Shown: positions 36,103 through 50,664, counted from the first letter of the stretch. The stretch is 64,000 nucleotides of DNA from Candidatus Eiseniibacteriota bacterium (GCA_963762255.1 CAVXKA010000003.1:416001-480000); one strand, 5' to 3'. Notes: generated by a model from the sequence alone, not told the origin. A program made the numbers and translations.

Positions 36103-36241
36103 GTGCTCACCCGGGTGAGCACCCCGTGTGTACCCGGGTACACACGGTGCGTGTTAACCGCTCAACGGCGTCGACCTGCTACGACGCGGGATGCTCACCC
36201 GGGTGATCACGGTCGCACGTGGAGTCCAGCCGGCTGGACTC
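36103..36241. repeat. Cluster of palindromes centred on CCCGGG/CCGG
   Basis: Perfect: gtgctcacccgggtgagcac (36103-36122), ccgtgtgtacccgggtacacacgg (36124-36147), tcacccgggtga (36195-36206), gagtccagccggctggactc (36222-36241). Confidence 0.9.
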
Positions 36242-36638
36242 GCGTGCAGTGTAGCGCGCGGTGCAGTCGGCGCGGCGCGGCGCATCGCGGCCCACCGTGG
36301 CGCGTGTGCGCGCGGGCGCGGCGCAAGCCGGATCGCCCCGCGAACGACGAAGGGCCTCTGAGGCGCGGCGGGCGCGACGCGGTGCCGTTGAATCAACGCC
36401 GCGCGGCACGACACCGAGGCGTGAAGATGCGTCACTTTCCCCGGGTAAAGTGCGCCGCGGAGCGGGGGCCCGCCGCGGCGAAGGAGCGAGCGATGAACGC
36501 TCCAGTGGAGCGTTCGCGCGAGCGCGCCCGAGGAGGGCGCGGGGCGAGACGGCGAGAGCCGCGCCCGCGCACTGCGCGGGGCGAGCGCGCGCGGCGACGC
36601 GAAGCGAAGCCGCGCCGCGACACGCGAAGCGCCGCGTC

Positions 36639-38222
36639 CTAAACGCGCTCGACGCGCGCCACCAGCACCGTGATGTTGTCCGGCCCGCCCCGCTCTCGCG
36701 CGGTCTCCACGAGGAACCGGCATGCATCGGCCGGCGCGCGCTGGCGCACCGCCGACTCGATCTCCTCGTCGTCCACGACGCCGCTGAGACCGTCCGTGCA
36801 GAGCACGATCGCGTCGCCTTCCACGAGGGGAATCGCGTCATGCGACACGTCGCAGCGAAGCTCCCCTCCCCCGCCAAGACAACGCGTGAGGACATGCGCG
36901 TTACCCGCCAGGCCCTCGGCGCCCGCCACCCGCTCGAACTCGCCGGCCAGCGTGTGGTCCGTCGTGAGACGCGCGATCCCCTCCGTCGCCACCAGGTACG
37001 CGCGGCTGTCCCCCACGTGCCCGATGACCAGAGCATGACCGTCGATGGCGGCCGCGGTGCAGGTCGTCCCCATGCCGAGCGTGGCCGGCCCCTCGTCGGC
37101 GGCAGTGCGCACCGCGGCATCCGCCGCGCCGAGCGCCTCGGTGAGTGCCGCGCCCATGCCGCAACCCCCGACCGCCGTGAAGTACGTCCCCTGCATCATT
37201 TCCACGGCGAGGCGGCTTGCCGTCTCGCCCGCGGCATGCCCGCCGAGACCGTCGGCGACCAGAAGCAGCGTTCCCGGGCCGCGCGCGTCGTCGCCGAACA
37301 TGCCGAACGCGTCTTCGTTGTTGAGCCGCACGCATCCGGTGTCGCTGAGCGCGGCGCCCACGAGCTTCAAGTCCCGACCGGGCGCCAGCGCGAACTCGGC
37401 CTCCTGCGAGCCGGTGTCCCCGGGCAACGGGAGCATGGCGAGCATCGGAATACCGTACTCCTCGCCATTCGCGGACGCATCCTCGCGCGAGGGCTCGAAG
37501 CCGACGCGCGCGATGTGCGCCTCCACCGCGCGTGAGCCGTAGTCGCCGCGTGCGTAGGCATCCAGTTCCTCGGGGGTGAACCCGGCGAGAAGCTCGTTGC
37601 TCGCGTACAGGTCGATGATCGCTTCCACCACATCTGGGAAAAACTGGGTGCCGCTGTTGGCGAGCAGTTCGTCGAAGGCCGCTTCGGGAGAGAGCCCGCG
37701 ACGGTAGGGTCTGTCCGAGGTCATCGCATCGAAGGCGGCGACGGCCATGACGATGCGGCTCCCGAGCGGGATCCGCTTGGCCGAAAGCCCGCGCGGATAC
37801 CCCTTCCCGTCCATGCGCTCGTGATGCGCGAGGACGATCTCCGCCGCCCGCGGATAGAAGCCCATGCTCCGCACCCAGGCGTGAGCGACCGCGGGATGCG
37901 CCCGAAGCGCGTTGCGCTCGGACGGATCCAGCGACCCCGGCTTGTCGAGGATCGCGCGCTGGAGCGCGGTGCGTCCGAGATCGTGCAGCAGTGCGGCGCA
38001 CTCCAGTTCCCGGATCGCGCGTCCGCGCAGCCCGAGCCGGCGTCCCACCGCGACGCACATGACCGCCACCCGACGGCTGTGCCCGCGAGTGAGCGAATCG
38101 CCGGCGTCCACCGCGTTCATGAGCGCGCGCACGGTGGCAAGGTGATGGCGCTCCGACCTGCGCCACACGACCCATGCGGTACCCAGCGCGAGAAGCGTGA
38201 TCAGGACGAGTGCGCCGATCAT
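36639..38222 (-). CDS. Membrane-anchored HD-GYP phosphodiesterase - PP2C (PPM) phosphatase fusion
   Basis: N-term TM; GHSRRV, LLHDLG, HHERMDGKGYP, DRPYR; then NNEDA, VADGLGGH, HVGDSRAY, LCTDGL, GGPDNIT. Confidence 0.92.
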   Translation of the reverse strand: MIGALVLITLLALGTAWVVWRRSERHHLATVRALMNAVDAGDSLTRGHSRRVAVMCVAVGRRLGLRGRAIRELECAALLHDLGRTALQRAILDKPGSLDPSERNALRAHPAVAHAWVRSMGFYPRAAEIVLAHHERMDGKGYPRGLSAKRIPLGSRIVMAVAAFDAMTSDRPYRRGLSPEAAFDELLANSGTQFFPDVVEAIIDLYASNELLAGFTPEELDAYARGDYGSRAVEAHIARVGFEPSREDASANGEEYGIPMLAMLPLPGDTGSQEAEFALAPGRDLKLVGAALSDTGCVRLNNEDAFGMFGDDARGPGTLLLVADGLGGHAAGETASRLAVEMMQGTYFTAVGGCGMGAALTEALGAADAAVRTAADEGPATLGMGTTCTAAAIDGHALVIGHVGDSRAYLVATEGIARLTTDHTLAGEFERVAGAEGLAGNAHVLTRCLGGGGELRCDVSHDAIPLVEGDAIVLCTDGLSGVVDDEEIESAVRQRAPADACRFLVETARERGGPDNITVLVARVERV

Positions 38223-39293
38223 CTATGCCGCCTCCGCCCGAACGAACGAGCGCTCGAATTGGGATCGATCCACCGCATGGTCGTAGGCCTCCCCGCCGGT
38301 GATCGCGCCGGTCCGCACCAGCTCGCGCAGGCCCGCGTCGAGGCTCTGCATCCCGACCTTCCGCCCGGCCTGGATCACCGAATTCAGCTTGTGGCTCGCC
38401 CCGCCGCGAATGATGGAGGCGGAGGCGGTGTTGTTGATGAGGACCTCGACCACGGCCAGACGGCCCGAGCCATCGGCGCGGGTCACCAACTGTTGCGACA
38501 CGACCATGCGCAGGCTGTCGGCAAGCATGGTGCGGATCTGCTCCTGCCGCCGCGCCGGGAACACGTTGACGATGCGGTCGATGGTGCGGGCGGCGCCGTT
38601 CGTGTGGAGCGTGCCCAGCACCTGGATGCCGGTCTCGGCCGCGGTCAACGCCAGCGAAATCGTCTCCAGGTCGCGCAATTCCCCGACCAGGATGACGTCG
38701 GGGTCTTCACGCACCGCGGCCGCGAGCGCCTCGGAGAAGCTGGGGGCGTGAACGAAGACCTCGCGTTGCGTCACCACGCACTGCTTGTAGCCGTGCACGA
38801 ACTCGATCGGGTCCTCAATCGTGACGATGTGCCCGCGACGCGTGGTGTTGATGTGATCGACCATCGCGGCCAGGCTCGTGGACTTGCCGGAGCCGGTGGG
38901 CCCGGTGACCAGCGTGAGCCCCTTGGGTTGGGACACGGCGAGCTTGAGCGACGACGGCAATCCCAGGCTTTCCCAGGACGGGATCTCCGTCGGGATCACG
39001 CGGAAGGACGCGCCGATCCCGCCGTGGTGGCGGTAGAGGTTCACGCGGAATCGGCCCAGCCCATCCACGTCGTAGGCGAAGTCGGTCGAGAGCTGGGCGC
39101 CGAGGCGCGCGCGCACCTCCGGGGTCGTGAACTCCTCGATGAGGCGCTCCATGTCCTCCACCGAAAGCTCGCGGAAGCGCACCTGGTGGAGAACCCCGTG
39201 GATGCGGATGCGGGGAGCCTCGCCGGAGATCATGTGAAGGTCGGAGCCCCCCTGCTTGACCGCGAGTTCGAGGAAGGTGTCGATGCGGCTCAT
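38223..39293 (-). CDS. pilT: PilT/PilU family type IV pilus ATPase
   Basis: SDLH, GPTGSGKS, TIEDPIE, REDPDVILVGELRD, AETG..VLGTLHT, GMQ; ATG overlaps the upstream TGA. Confidence 0.93.
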   Translation of the reverse strand: MSRIDTFLELAVKQGGSDLHMISGEAPRIRIHGVLHQVRFRELSVEDMERLIEEFTTPEVRARLGAQLSTDFAYDVDGLGRFRVNLYRHHGGIGASFRVIPTEIPSWESLGLPSSLKLAVSQPKGLTLVTGPTGSGKSTSLAAMVDHINTTRRGHIVTIEDPIEFVHGYKQCVVTQREVFVHAPSFSEALAAAVREDPDVILVGELRDLETISLALTAAETGIQVLGTLHTNGAARTIDRIVNVFPARRQEQIRTMLADSLRMVVSQQLVTRADGSGRLAVVEVLINNTASASIIRGGASHKLNSVIQAGRKVGMQSLDAGLRELVRTGAITGGEAYDHAVDRSQFERSFVRAEAA

Positions 39294-40411
39294 CGCGTTT
39301 CCTCGGGCTCCGCGATCTCGGCGGCGCTTCCGCCGGCGAGCGCAAGCAGAGCGGGCTGCGTCACGAAGGGGGCCAGCTCGCGCTTGTCCCCCGCGCGCAG
39401 GAACGCGTCGTCGGGGTCGATCGCTCCCGAGCGCACGAGACCCACCAGCGCCTGATCCATGAGTTGCATGCCGAGGCGCCGCCCGGTGGCGATCGTCCCG
39501 GGAATCTGAAACGTCTTCCCCTCGCGAATGAGCTGCGCCACCGCCGCGTTCACAACCAGCACCTCGCACACCAGCCGCCGCCCGCGACCGTCGGCCACCT
39601 TGAGCAGATCCTGCGTCACCACGCCGCGCAGGTTCTCGGCCAGGGTATGCCGCACCTGGTTCTGGGCCTCGGTGGGGAACACGTCGAGGACGCGATGAAT
39701 GGTCTGATGCGCGCTGCGGGTGCTGAGGGTCCCGAAAACGAGGTGCCCGGTCTCGGCGGCTTCGATGGCCAGCGAGATCGTCTCGCGGTCCCGCATCTCG
39801 CCGACCACGATCACGTCGGGATCCTGCCGAAGCGCCGCGCGCAACCCCTCCTGGAAGGTGCGCACATCGCGTCCCACCTCGCGCTGCACCACGAGCGACA
39901 TGCGGCTCGCGTGCACGAACTCGATCGGCTCCTCGAGGGAAACGATCGTGAGGTTGCGCGTCTGGTTCAGTCGCTCCACCAGCGCGGCCAGCGTCGTGGA
40001 TTTACCCGTCCCGGCGCCGCCGGTGACCAGCACCAGCCCGGAGTGCAGCGCGGCGAGTTGCGCGACGATCGGAGGCAACCCGAGATCGTCGAGATCTGGA
40101 ATCTTGTCGGGAATGAGCCGCGCCACCAGCGTGAACCCGAGCCGCTGCCGGCACACATTCATTCGGAATCGTCCCGCCTCGGGCTCTGCGTGACTGAAGT
40201 CCACCGCGCCGCGCTCCTCGAGGCGTTTCCGCAACTCGGGGGGGAGCACCTCGGCGACGAGAAGATCGACTTCACCTTCGCTCAACCGGCGCTGATCGAG
40301 GGCGATCAACTCCCCGTCGAGCCGCATCATCGGCGGCAGACCCGCGCTCACGTGAACGTCCGAGCCTCCGCGCTCGCGGCCCTGCAGGAGATACGGGGTG
40401 ATCCTCGTCAT
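39290..40411 (-). CDS. pilT: PilT/PilU family ATPase (second paralogue)
   Basis: SDVH, GGAGTGKS, SLEEPIE, LRQDPDVIVVGEMRD, AETGHLVFGTLST, QLIREGK, GMQ. Confidence 0.9.
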   Translation of the reverse strand: MTRITPYLLQGRERGGSDVHVSAGLPPMMRLDGELIALDQRRLSEGEVDLLVAEVLPPELRKRLEERGAVDFSHAEPEAGRFRMNVCRQRLGFTLVARLIPDKIPDLDDLGLPPIVAQLAALHSGLVLVTGGAGTGKSTTLAALVERLNQTRNLTIVSLEEPIEFVHASRMSLVVQREVGRDVRTFQEGLRAALRQDPDVIVVGEMRDRETISLAIEAAETGHLVFGTLSTRSAHQTIHRVLDVFPTEAQNQVRHTLAENLRGVVTQDLLKVADGRGRRLVCEVLVVNAAVAQLIREGKTFQIPGTIATGRRLGMQLMDQALVGLVRSGAIDPDDAFLRAGDKRELAPFVTQPALLALAGGSAAEIAEPEETR

Positions 40412-40418
40412 GGCGCCT

Positions 40419-42611
40419 CTACGCGGCCTTTCCCGGCCGGGCCAGCGCGTCCGCGATCTCGCGGCGGAGCGCCTCCGCGCTCTGCGGGCGATCGGCGGGA
40501 TCGAGTGCCATGGCGTGACGCACGATGGCCTCCACCGCTTCGGGGATCTCCGCGCGAAGGTCGCTCGGGCGTCGCGGCTCCCCCTTCAAGTGCTGGAGGA
40601 GAACGGCCGCCGCCGCGTCGCTCGCACACGGAACCTGTCCGGTGAGCATCTCGTACAGGAGGATCCCCAGCGCATAGATGTCCGCGCGTTGATCGACGGC
40701 GTCGCCGCGAATCTGCTCGGGGGCCATGTACTCCGGGGTGCCGACCATGAGTCCGGTTTGTGTGAGGCGCGCGCCGAGACTCTGTCCCGCCCACGCGAGC
40801 CCGAAGTCCACGATCTTCACCGCGTCCTCATCCCCCACCAGGATGTTGTCGGGTTTGATGTCGCGATGGATCACGCCTTCCGCGTGGGCGGCACCGAGAC
40901 CCTCGCATACCTGGAGTGCGAGGCGCAGCGCGCGTTCGATCTCCAGGACCCCGTCCGCCGTCAACACCTTGGCGAGATCGTGTCCCGGGAAGTACTCCAT
41001 CGACACCGCGTGGGCGCCGCCGAGGTCGACGAGATCGAAGACGCGGATCACGTTCGGGTGGGCGATTCGGCGGGTGAGCTTCACCTCCTGCACGAACCGC
41101 TGCACCGCGATCGGGTCCTCGTCGAGCTGCGGGTTCAAGACCTTCAAGATGATGTTCTCGCCCACCGCGAGGTCCTCGGTGAGGTAGATCGCGCCGAACC
41201 CGCCGCGCCCGATCCGCTTCACAATGCGATAGCGATCCAGAAGTTCGGTGCCGGGCGGGAGGTTGCGGAAGTCGGCAGGGGCGAGTCGCTCCGTGGCCCG
41301 CGCCGCGACCGGGGCGGTCTCGTGGAGCGCCGCCCGCGCCTCGCGTGCGATCTCGGGATCGGAAGAGGCGGCCAACGCCCGCAATGTTTCCAGCGCCCGC
41401 GGATCGGCGAAGACCCCCAGGGCGCGCGCGCACAGCGCGGTCGTCGCGTTGTCGCGGCCGACGAGCGCGAGCAGCGGTTCCACCGCGCGCGGATCCTTCG
41501 TCTTGGCGAGCGCGTCGATGGCGCGTTCCCGCACCCACCAGTCCGGATCCTCGACCGCGCGAATCAGGAGCGGCACGGCGCGCTCGCTCGGCACCGCGTT
41601 CAGGATCTCGACCGCGTAGCGGCGCAGCGACTCGTCCTGCTCGGAGAGCAGTCCCATCACCGCCTCCACCACGCGCTCCCCGCCCAGCGTCCCCAAGGCG
41701 TCGGCGGCGCGCACGCGAACCCACCAGTCCGCGTCGCGCAGCGCGCGAGCCAGATCCTGCACGGCGGCCGGGGTCGCGAGCGCGTTCAGCACTTCCACAG
41801 CCGCTCGCCGCACGTGCTCGCTCTCGTCGGTGAGCAGATCCAGGAGCGACGGCACGGTGGAGGCGTCGCCGAGCGCGACGACCGCGTCGATGGCGGCCGT
41901 CTGTACTTTGAGATCGCGATCTCGCAGCGCCGTGAGGAGCGCGGGGATCTCGGAGCGCACCCGCGCCGACCGGAGCCCCTGGACCGCTTCGAGGCGCACG
42001 CTGCGATGCTCGTCGCCGATGCAGCACGATATGGCCGCGGCGCTGTCCGGAAAGCGCGCGAGGAGGCGCGCCGCCTGAAGGCGCACCCACCACTGCGGAT
42101 TCTTCAGCGCGCGCACCAGGTTCGGCACCGCGCCGCCTTCGATGGTCGCGTCGAGCAACCGCGAGACCACACCGCGGGTCTCGCCGCCCTGTTCGGGCAA
42201 CAGAGCCAGGAGCCGCGCGGACGAGAGCGAGGATGCCCGCGCCATCAGAATGGATTCCAGCGTTCGCTTCGAGTAGCGCGCGTCCTTAAAGAGCGGCAAG
42301 AGCGCGAGCGGGTCGTAGTGGGTGCTGCGCTCCAGCACCTTCGCCGCGCCGGAGACAACGGCAGGGTTGGGCGAGGTGAGGGCCTCCAGGTACAGCGGCA
42401 TCGAATCCTCGTCGAGGATCCGCGCCAGAACTTCGAGCGCGGGGCCGCGCGCCTCGGCATGTCCCAGGCATTCGAGCAGCGAGGGGACAGCGCCGGAGCC
42501 GGCCTCGGCGAGGCGCCCTTGAAGCGCTTCGAGTTCGTGCGGAGCGAGCCCCCGCGCGTGCTTGAGTTTGCGCGAACGGCGCGAGGCCGTCAGACGCGTC
42601 AGAAGACCCAT
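40419..42611 (-). CDS. HEAT-repeat + Hanks-type Ser/Thr protein kinase
   Basis: PBS-lyase HEAT repeats (DADWWVRVRAADAL, DPDWWVRERAIDAL); C-term GRGGFG, HRDIKPDN, DFG, GTPEYMAPE. Confidence 0.93.
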   Translation of the reverse strand: MGLLTRLTASRRSRKLKHARGLAPHELEALQGRLAEAGSGAVPSLLECLGHAEARGPALEVLARILDEDSMPLYLEALTSPNPAVVSGAAKVLERSTHYDPLALLPLFKDARYSKRTLESILMARASSLSSARLLALLPEQGGETRGVVSRLLDATIEGGAVPNLVRALKNPQWWVRLQAARLLARFPDSAAAISCCIGDEHRSVRLEAVQGLRSARVRSEIPALLTALRDRDLKVQTAAIDAVVALGDASTVPSLLDLLTDESEHVRRAAVEVLNALATPAAVQDLARALRDADWWVRVRAADALGTLGGERVVEAVMGLLSEQDESLRRYAVEILNAVPSERAVPLLIRAVEDPDWWVRERAIDALAKTKDPRAVEPLLALVGRDNATTALCARALGVFADPRALETLRALAASSDPEIAREARAALHETAPVAARATERLAPADFRNLPPGTELLDRYRIVKRIGRGGFGAIYLTEDLAVGENIILKVLNPQLDEDPIAVQRFVQEVKLTRRIAHPNVIRVFDLVDLGGAHAVSMEYFPGHDLAKVLTADGVLEIERALRLALQVCEGLGAAHAEGVIHRDIKPDNILVGDEDAVKIVDFGLAWAGQSLGARLTQTGLMVGTPEYMAPEQIRGDAVDQRADIYALGILLYEMLTGQVPCASDAAAAVLLQHLKGEPRRPSDLRAEIPEAVEAIVRHAMALDPADRPQSAEALRREIADALARPGKAA

Positions 42612-42683
42612 GCTCCGCCTACTCCTTGGAAAACCCCAGGTGATTGGTTCTCAGGGAGTTATCGGCGGCGGGCGCCCCGGATC

Positions 42684-45719
<3,036 letters not shown>

Positions 45720-45799
45720 GGCGCGTAGTCTAGCCGAACCGTACCCCTCGCGCGCGCCGTTCGCGCGGGCGCGCTAGACTCCCCCGCGAAGGAGGCTTC

Positions 45800-46288
45800 A
45801 TGCCCTACACCCCCATCGTCGCCACGCTCGGCTACATCCTCTCGCCCGACCGCACGCGGACGCTCCTCATCCATCGCAACGCGCGTGAGGACGATCAGCA
45901 CCTCGGCAAGTACAACGGCCTCGGCGGCAAGATGCACCCCGATGAAGACATCGTGACCTGCATGCGCCGCGAGATCCGCGAAGAGGCGGCCATCGAATGC
46001 GAGGACATCCGCCTGCGCGGCACCATCAACTGGACCGGGTTCGGGCCGAACGGCGAGGACTGGCTCGGGTTCATCTTTCGCATCGACCGCTTTCGCGGAA
46101 CGCCCCTGGAGAAGAACCCGGAGGGCACGCTGTTGTGGCACCCGGTGGACCGCATCCTGGAGCTACCGCTCTGGGCGGGCGACCGCCACTTCCTGCCGCT
46201 GGTCTTCGACGACGACCCGCGCGCCTTCCACGGCGTGATGCCCTACGACGGGGACAAGCCGCTGGGCTGGAGCTACGTCCGGATCTAG
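45800..46288 (+). CDS. NUDIX hydrolase (8-oxo-dGTP diphosphatase-like)
   Basis: Nudix box GGKMHPDEDIVTCMRREIREEA; AAGGAGG RBS. Confidence 0.88.
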   Translation: MPYTPIVATLGYILSPDRTRTLLIHRNAREDDQHLGKYNGLGGKMHPDEDIVTCMRREIREEAAIECEDIRLRGTINWTGFGPNGEDWLGFIFRIDRFRGTPLEKNPEGTLLWHPVDRILELPLWAGDRHFLPLVFDDDPRAFHGVMPYDGDKPLGWSYVRI

Positions 46289-46292
46289 CGCT

Positions 46293-47042
46293 CTAGCTTT
46301 CCGCCGCGACCGCCCCCGCCTCCGCTTCGTGGATCAACTCCCCCGCCGTTTCCTTGCCCAGATAGAGATCCATCACCCAGTGCGCGCCGTAGATGACCGG
46401 CGTGATGACGATGGCGATCACGAACTTGTAGGCGTAGTTGAACAGGGCGATGGCGGTGATCTGTTGCACGCTGAGCTGTCCGGCGAAGGCCACGGTGAGG
46501 ACGATGAAGGTGTCCATGAGCTGCGAGCCGAAGGTGGAGCCGGTGGCGCGGATCCAGAGGTGGCGACCCTTCGTCAGGTGCCGCAGCCAGTGGAAGAGGG
46601 TGATGTCCACGAACTGGCCGATCGCGTACGCGGTGAGGCTACCGAGGATGACCCGCCCCGAGGCGCCGAACACCGACGTGAACGCCTCCTGCGGCACCGG
46701 CGACATCGAGGCGACCGGCGCCGCCATCGCGATCTGGATGAGCCCGAACTCGAAGACGATCATCACCACGCCTAGGAGCGTGATGAACCGGATGCCGGGC
46801 TTGCCGTAGTACTCGTTCACGAGGTCGGTCACGATGAAGGTGATCGGAAACGCGATCACCCCCGCGGTCATGATGACCTCGTTGAAGGAGGTGCCGAAGA
46901 TCGAGATCGTGAAGGGAAGGTCGAACGCCTTGAAGAACTTGCTGGCCGTGGCCTCGGCCACGACGAGCGCGGTCAGAAAGATGGCGGCGCAGACCACGTA
47001 GAGCTTCTGCGGACGGCTTAGCGTGTAGGCGGTGGCTCGCAT
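46293..47042 (-). CDS. yhhQ: Queuosine precursor transporter (YhhQ/VUT family)
   Basis: AGVIAFPITFIVTDLVNEYYG, GSLTAY..GQFVD, LWIRATGST..SQLMDT; ATG at 47042. Confidence 0.88.
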   Translation of the reverse strand: MRATAYTLSRPQKLYVVCAAIFLTALVVAEATASKFFKAFDLPFTISIFGTSFNEVIMTAGVIAFPITFIVTDLVNEYYGKPGIRFITLLGVVMIVFEFGLIQIAMAAPVASMSPVPQEAFTSVFGASGRVILGSLTAYAIGQFVDITLFHWLRHLTKGRHLWIRATGSTFGSQLMDTFIVLTVAFAGQLSVQQITAIALFNYAYKFVIAIVITPVIYGAHWVMDLYLGKETAGELIHEAEAGAVAAES

Positions 47043-47231
47043 GACGCGGCAGTATAACGCACGCACCGGATGCGCGGTCGGCATTATAGATATGCCAATT
47101 CTTGGTCTTGTGAAATGCCCCACGTTGTTTAAGCTGGCCAACGGTTTGCGCCAATACCGCAAGAGCGGCGGCATCCCCGGCCGCCTCGGGGGGCTTCCGG
47201 CAACACCAACCGGAGAGGCAGGAGTCGAGGC

Positions 47232-47909
47232 ATGGGTGGTCTGAAGACCTTTTACGGGTCCTCCGTCGGCAAGAAGATCACGGTCGCCGTCACCGGCGCG
47301 CTGATGGTCCTGTTCACGCTCGGGCACATGATCGGAAACCTTCAGATCTTCGAGGGACCTGGAGAACACGGCGGGAAGGCCAAGCTCGACAAGTACGCGG
47401 AGCTCCTTCGGATCGAGCCCGGGTTCCTCTGGCTCATCCGCATCGTGCTCCTCGTCACAGTGATCGTGCACGTGATCACGATCATCCAGCTCACGCTGGA
47501 GAACAAGCGCGCCCGCGGCGGCGCCTACGCGATGAAGAAGGCGCAGGCGGCCACGATCTCCTCCCGGACGATGTTCTGGGGCGGGCTGGTGCTCGGCGCC
47601 TTCGTCGTCTTCCACCTCCTCCACCTCACGACCGGCACCGTATTCCCCCAGTACTACGAGCATCTGCGGGTCTACACGAACGTGGTGACCAGCTTCCAGA
47701 ATCCTCTGGTCGCCGGGATCTACATCGTGGCGATGGCGGTGATCTTTCTGCACCTTAACCACGGCATCAAGAGCGGGTTCGAGACCCTCGGCGTCACCCA
47801 TCCCACGTACGTGAACCTGGTCCGCAGAGGCGGTCCCATCCTGGCCTTCCTCATCGCCGCCGGCTTCATGCTGGTGCCGGTGGCGATCCTGGCCGGTTGG
47901 GTGAAGTAG
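47232..47909 (+). CDS. sdhC: Succinate dehydrogenase/fumarate reductase cytochrome b subunit
   Basis: SSVGKK..AVTG, HMIGNL, five TM segments with His ligands; directly upstream of sdhA. Confidence 0.92.
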   Translation: MGGLKTFYGSSVGKKITVAVTGALMVLFTLGHMIGNLQIFEGPGEHGGKAKLDKYAELLRIEPGFLWLIRIVLLVTVIVHVITIIQLTLENKRARGGAYAMKKAQAATISSRTMFWGGLVLGAFVVFHLLHLTTGTVFPQYYEHLRVYTNVVTSFQNPLVAGIYIVAMAVIFLHLNHGIKSGFETLGVTHPTYVNLVRRGGPILAFLIAAGFMLVPVAILAGWVK

Positions 47910-47923
47910 AGGGGAATGAAACC

Positions 47924-49836
<1,913 letters not shown>

Positions 49837-49840
<4 letters not shown>

Positions 49841-50613
49841 ACTTCAAGCTCAGGATCTGGCGACAGGCGGGCCCGAACGCGAAGGGGCGCTTCCAGGACT
49901 TCTCGGTCAAGGATGTCAGCCCCGACACGTCCTTTCTCGAGCTGCTCGACCAGATCAACAACGGGCTCATCGAGGAAGGCAAGGAGCCGATCGCCTTCGA
50001 TAGCGACTGCCGCGAGGGGATCTGCGGCACCTGCGGAGTCATGGTGAGCGGGGTCGCCCACGGGCCGCTCCCCGGCACGACCACCTGCCAGCACCACATG
50101 CGCCACTTCAAGGACGGCGACACCCTGGTGGTCGAGCCGTGGCGGGCGCGGGCGTTCCCGATCGTGAAGGATCTCGTGGTCAACCGCAGCGCGCTCGATC
50201 ACATCATTCAGGCCGGCGGGTTCATCTCCGCCGACACCGGGAGCGCCCCCGAGGCCAACGCGGTCCCGATTCCCAAGGAGAAGGCGGACACGGCCTTCGA
50301 GTCGGCGGCGTGCATCGGCTGCGGAGCCTGCGTGGCCGCATGCCCGAACGCGAGCGCGATGCTCTTCACCGGGGCCAAGATATCTCAACTCGCCGTCCTC
50401 CCGCAGGGGCAGCCCGAGCGGTGGGTCCGCGCGTTGAGCATGGTTCACCAGATGGACAACGAGGGGTTCGGCGGGTGCACCAACCACGGCGAGTGCGAAG
50501 AGGCCTGCCCCAAGAGCATCAAGATGTTCAACATCTACCGGCTGAACGCTGACTACTTGAAGGCGGCGTTGACGGAGCGCCCACCTAGCGTGGGGGCGGA
50601 GTCGGGGGGCTAG
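49837..50613 (+). CDS. sdhB: Succinate dehydrogenase/fumarate reductase iron-sulfur subunit
   Basis: [33 protein letters not shown]; ATGA overlap with sdhA. Confidence 0.96.
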
Positions 50614-50626
50614 AAGTCCCTCGCGG

Positions 50627-50664
50627 AGCGGGCTAGAAGAACCCCAGCGGGCTAGAAGAACCCC
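50627..50664. repeat. 19-bp tandem duplication agcgggctagaagaacccc
   Basis: Exact copies at 50627-50645 and 50646-50664; the second contains the sufT stop codon. Confidence 0.9.

Noticed and set aside
47043-47231. preQ1 riboswitch upstream of yhhQ
   Set aside because: No preQ1 aptamer pattern seen, and a -10 box sits 8 nt from the ATG.
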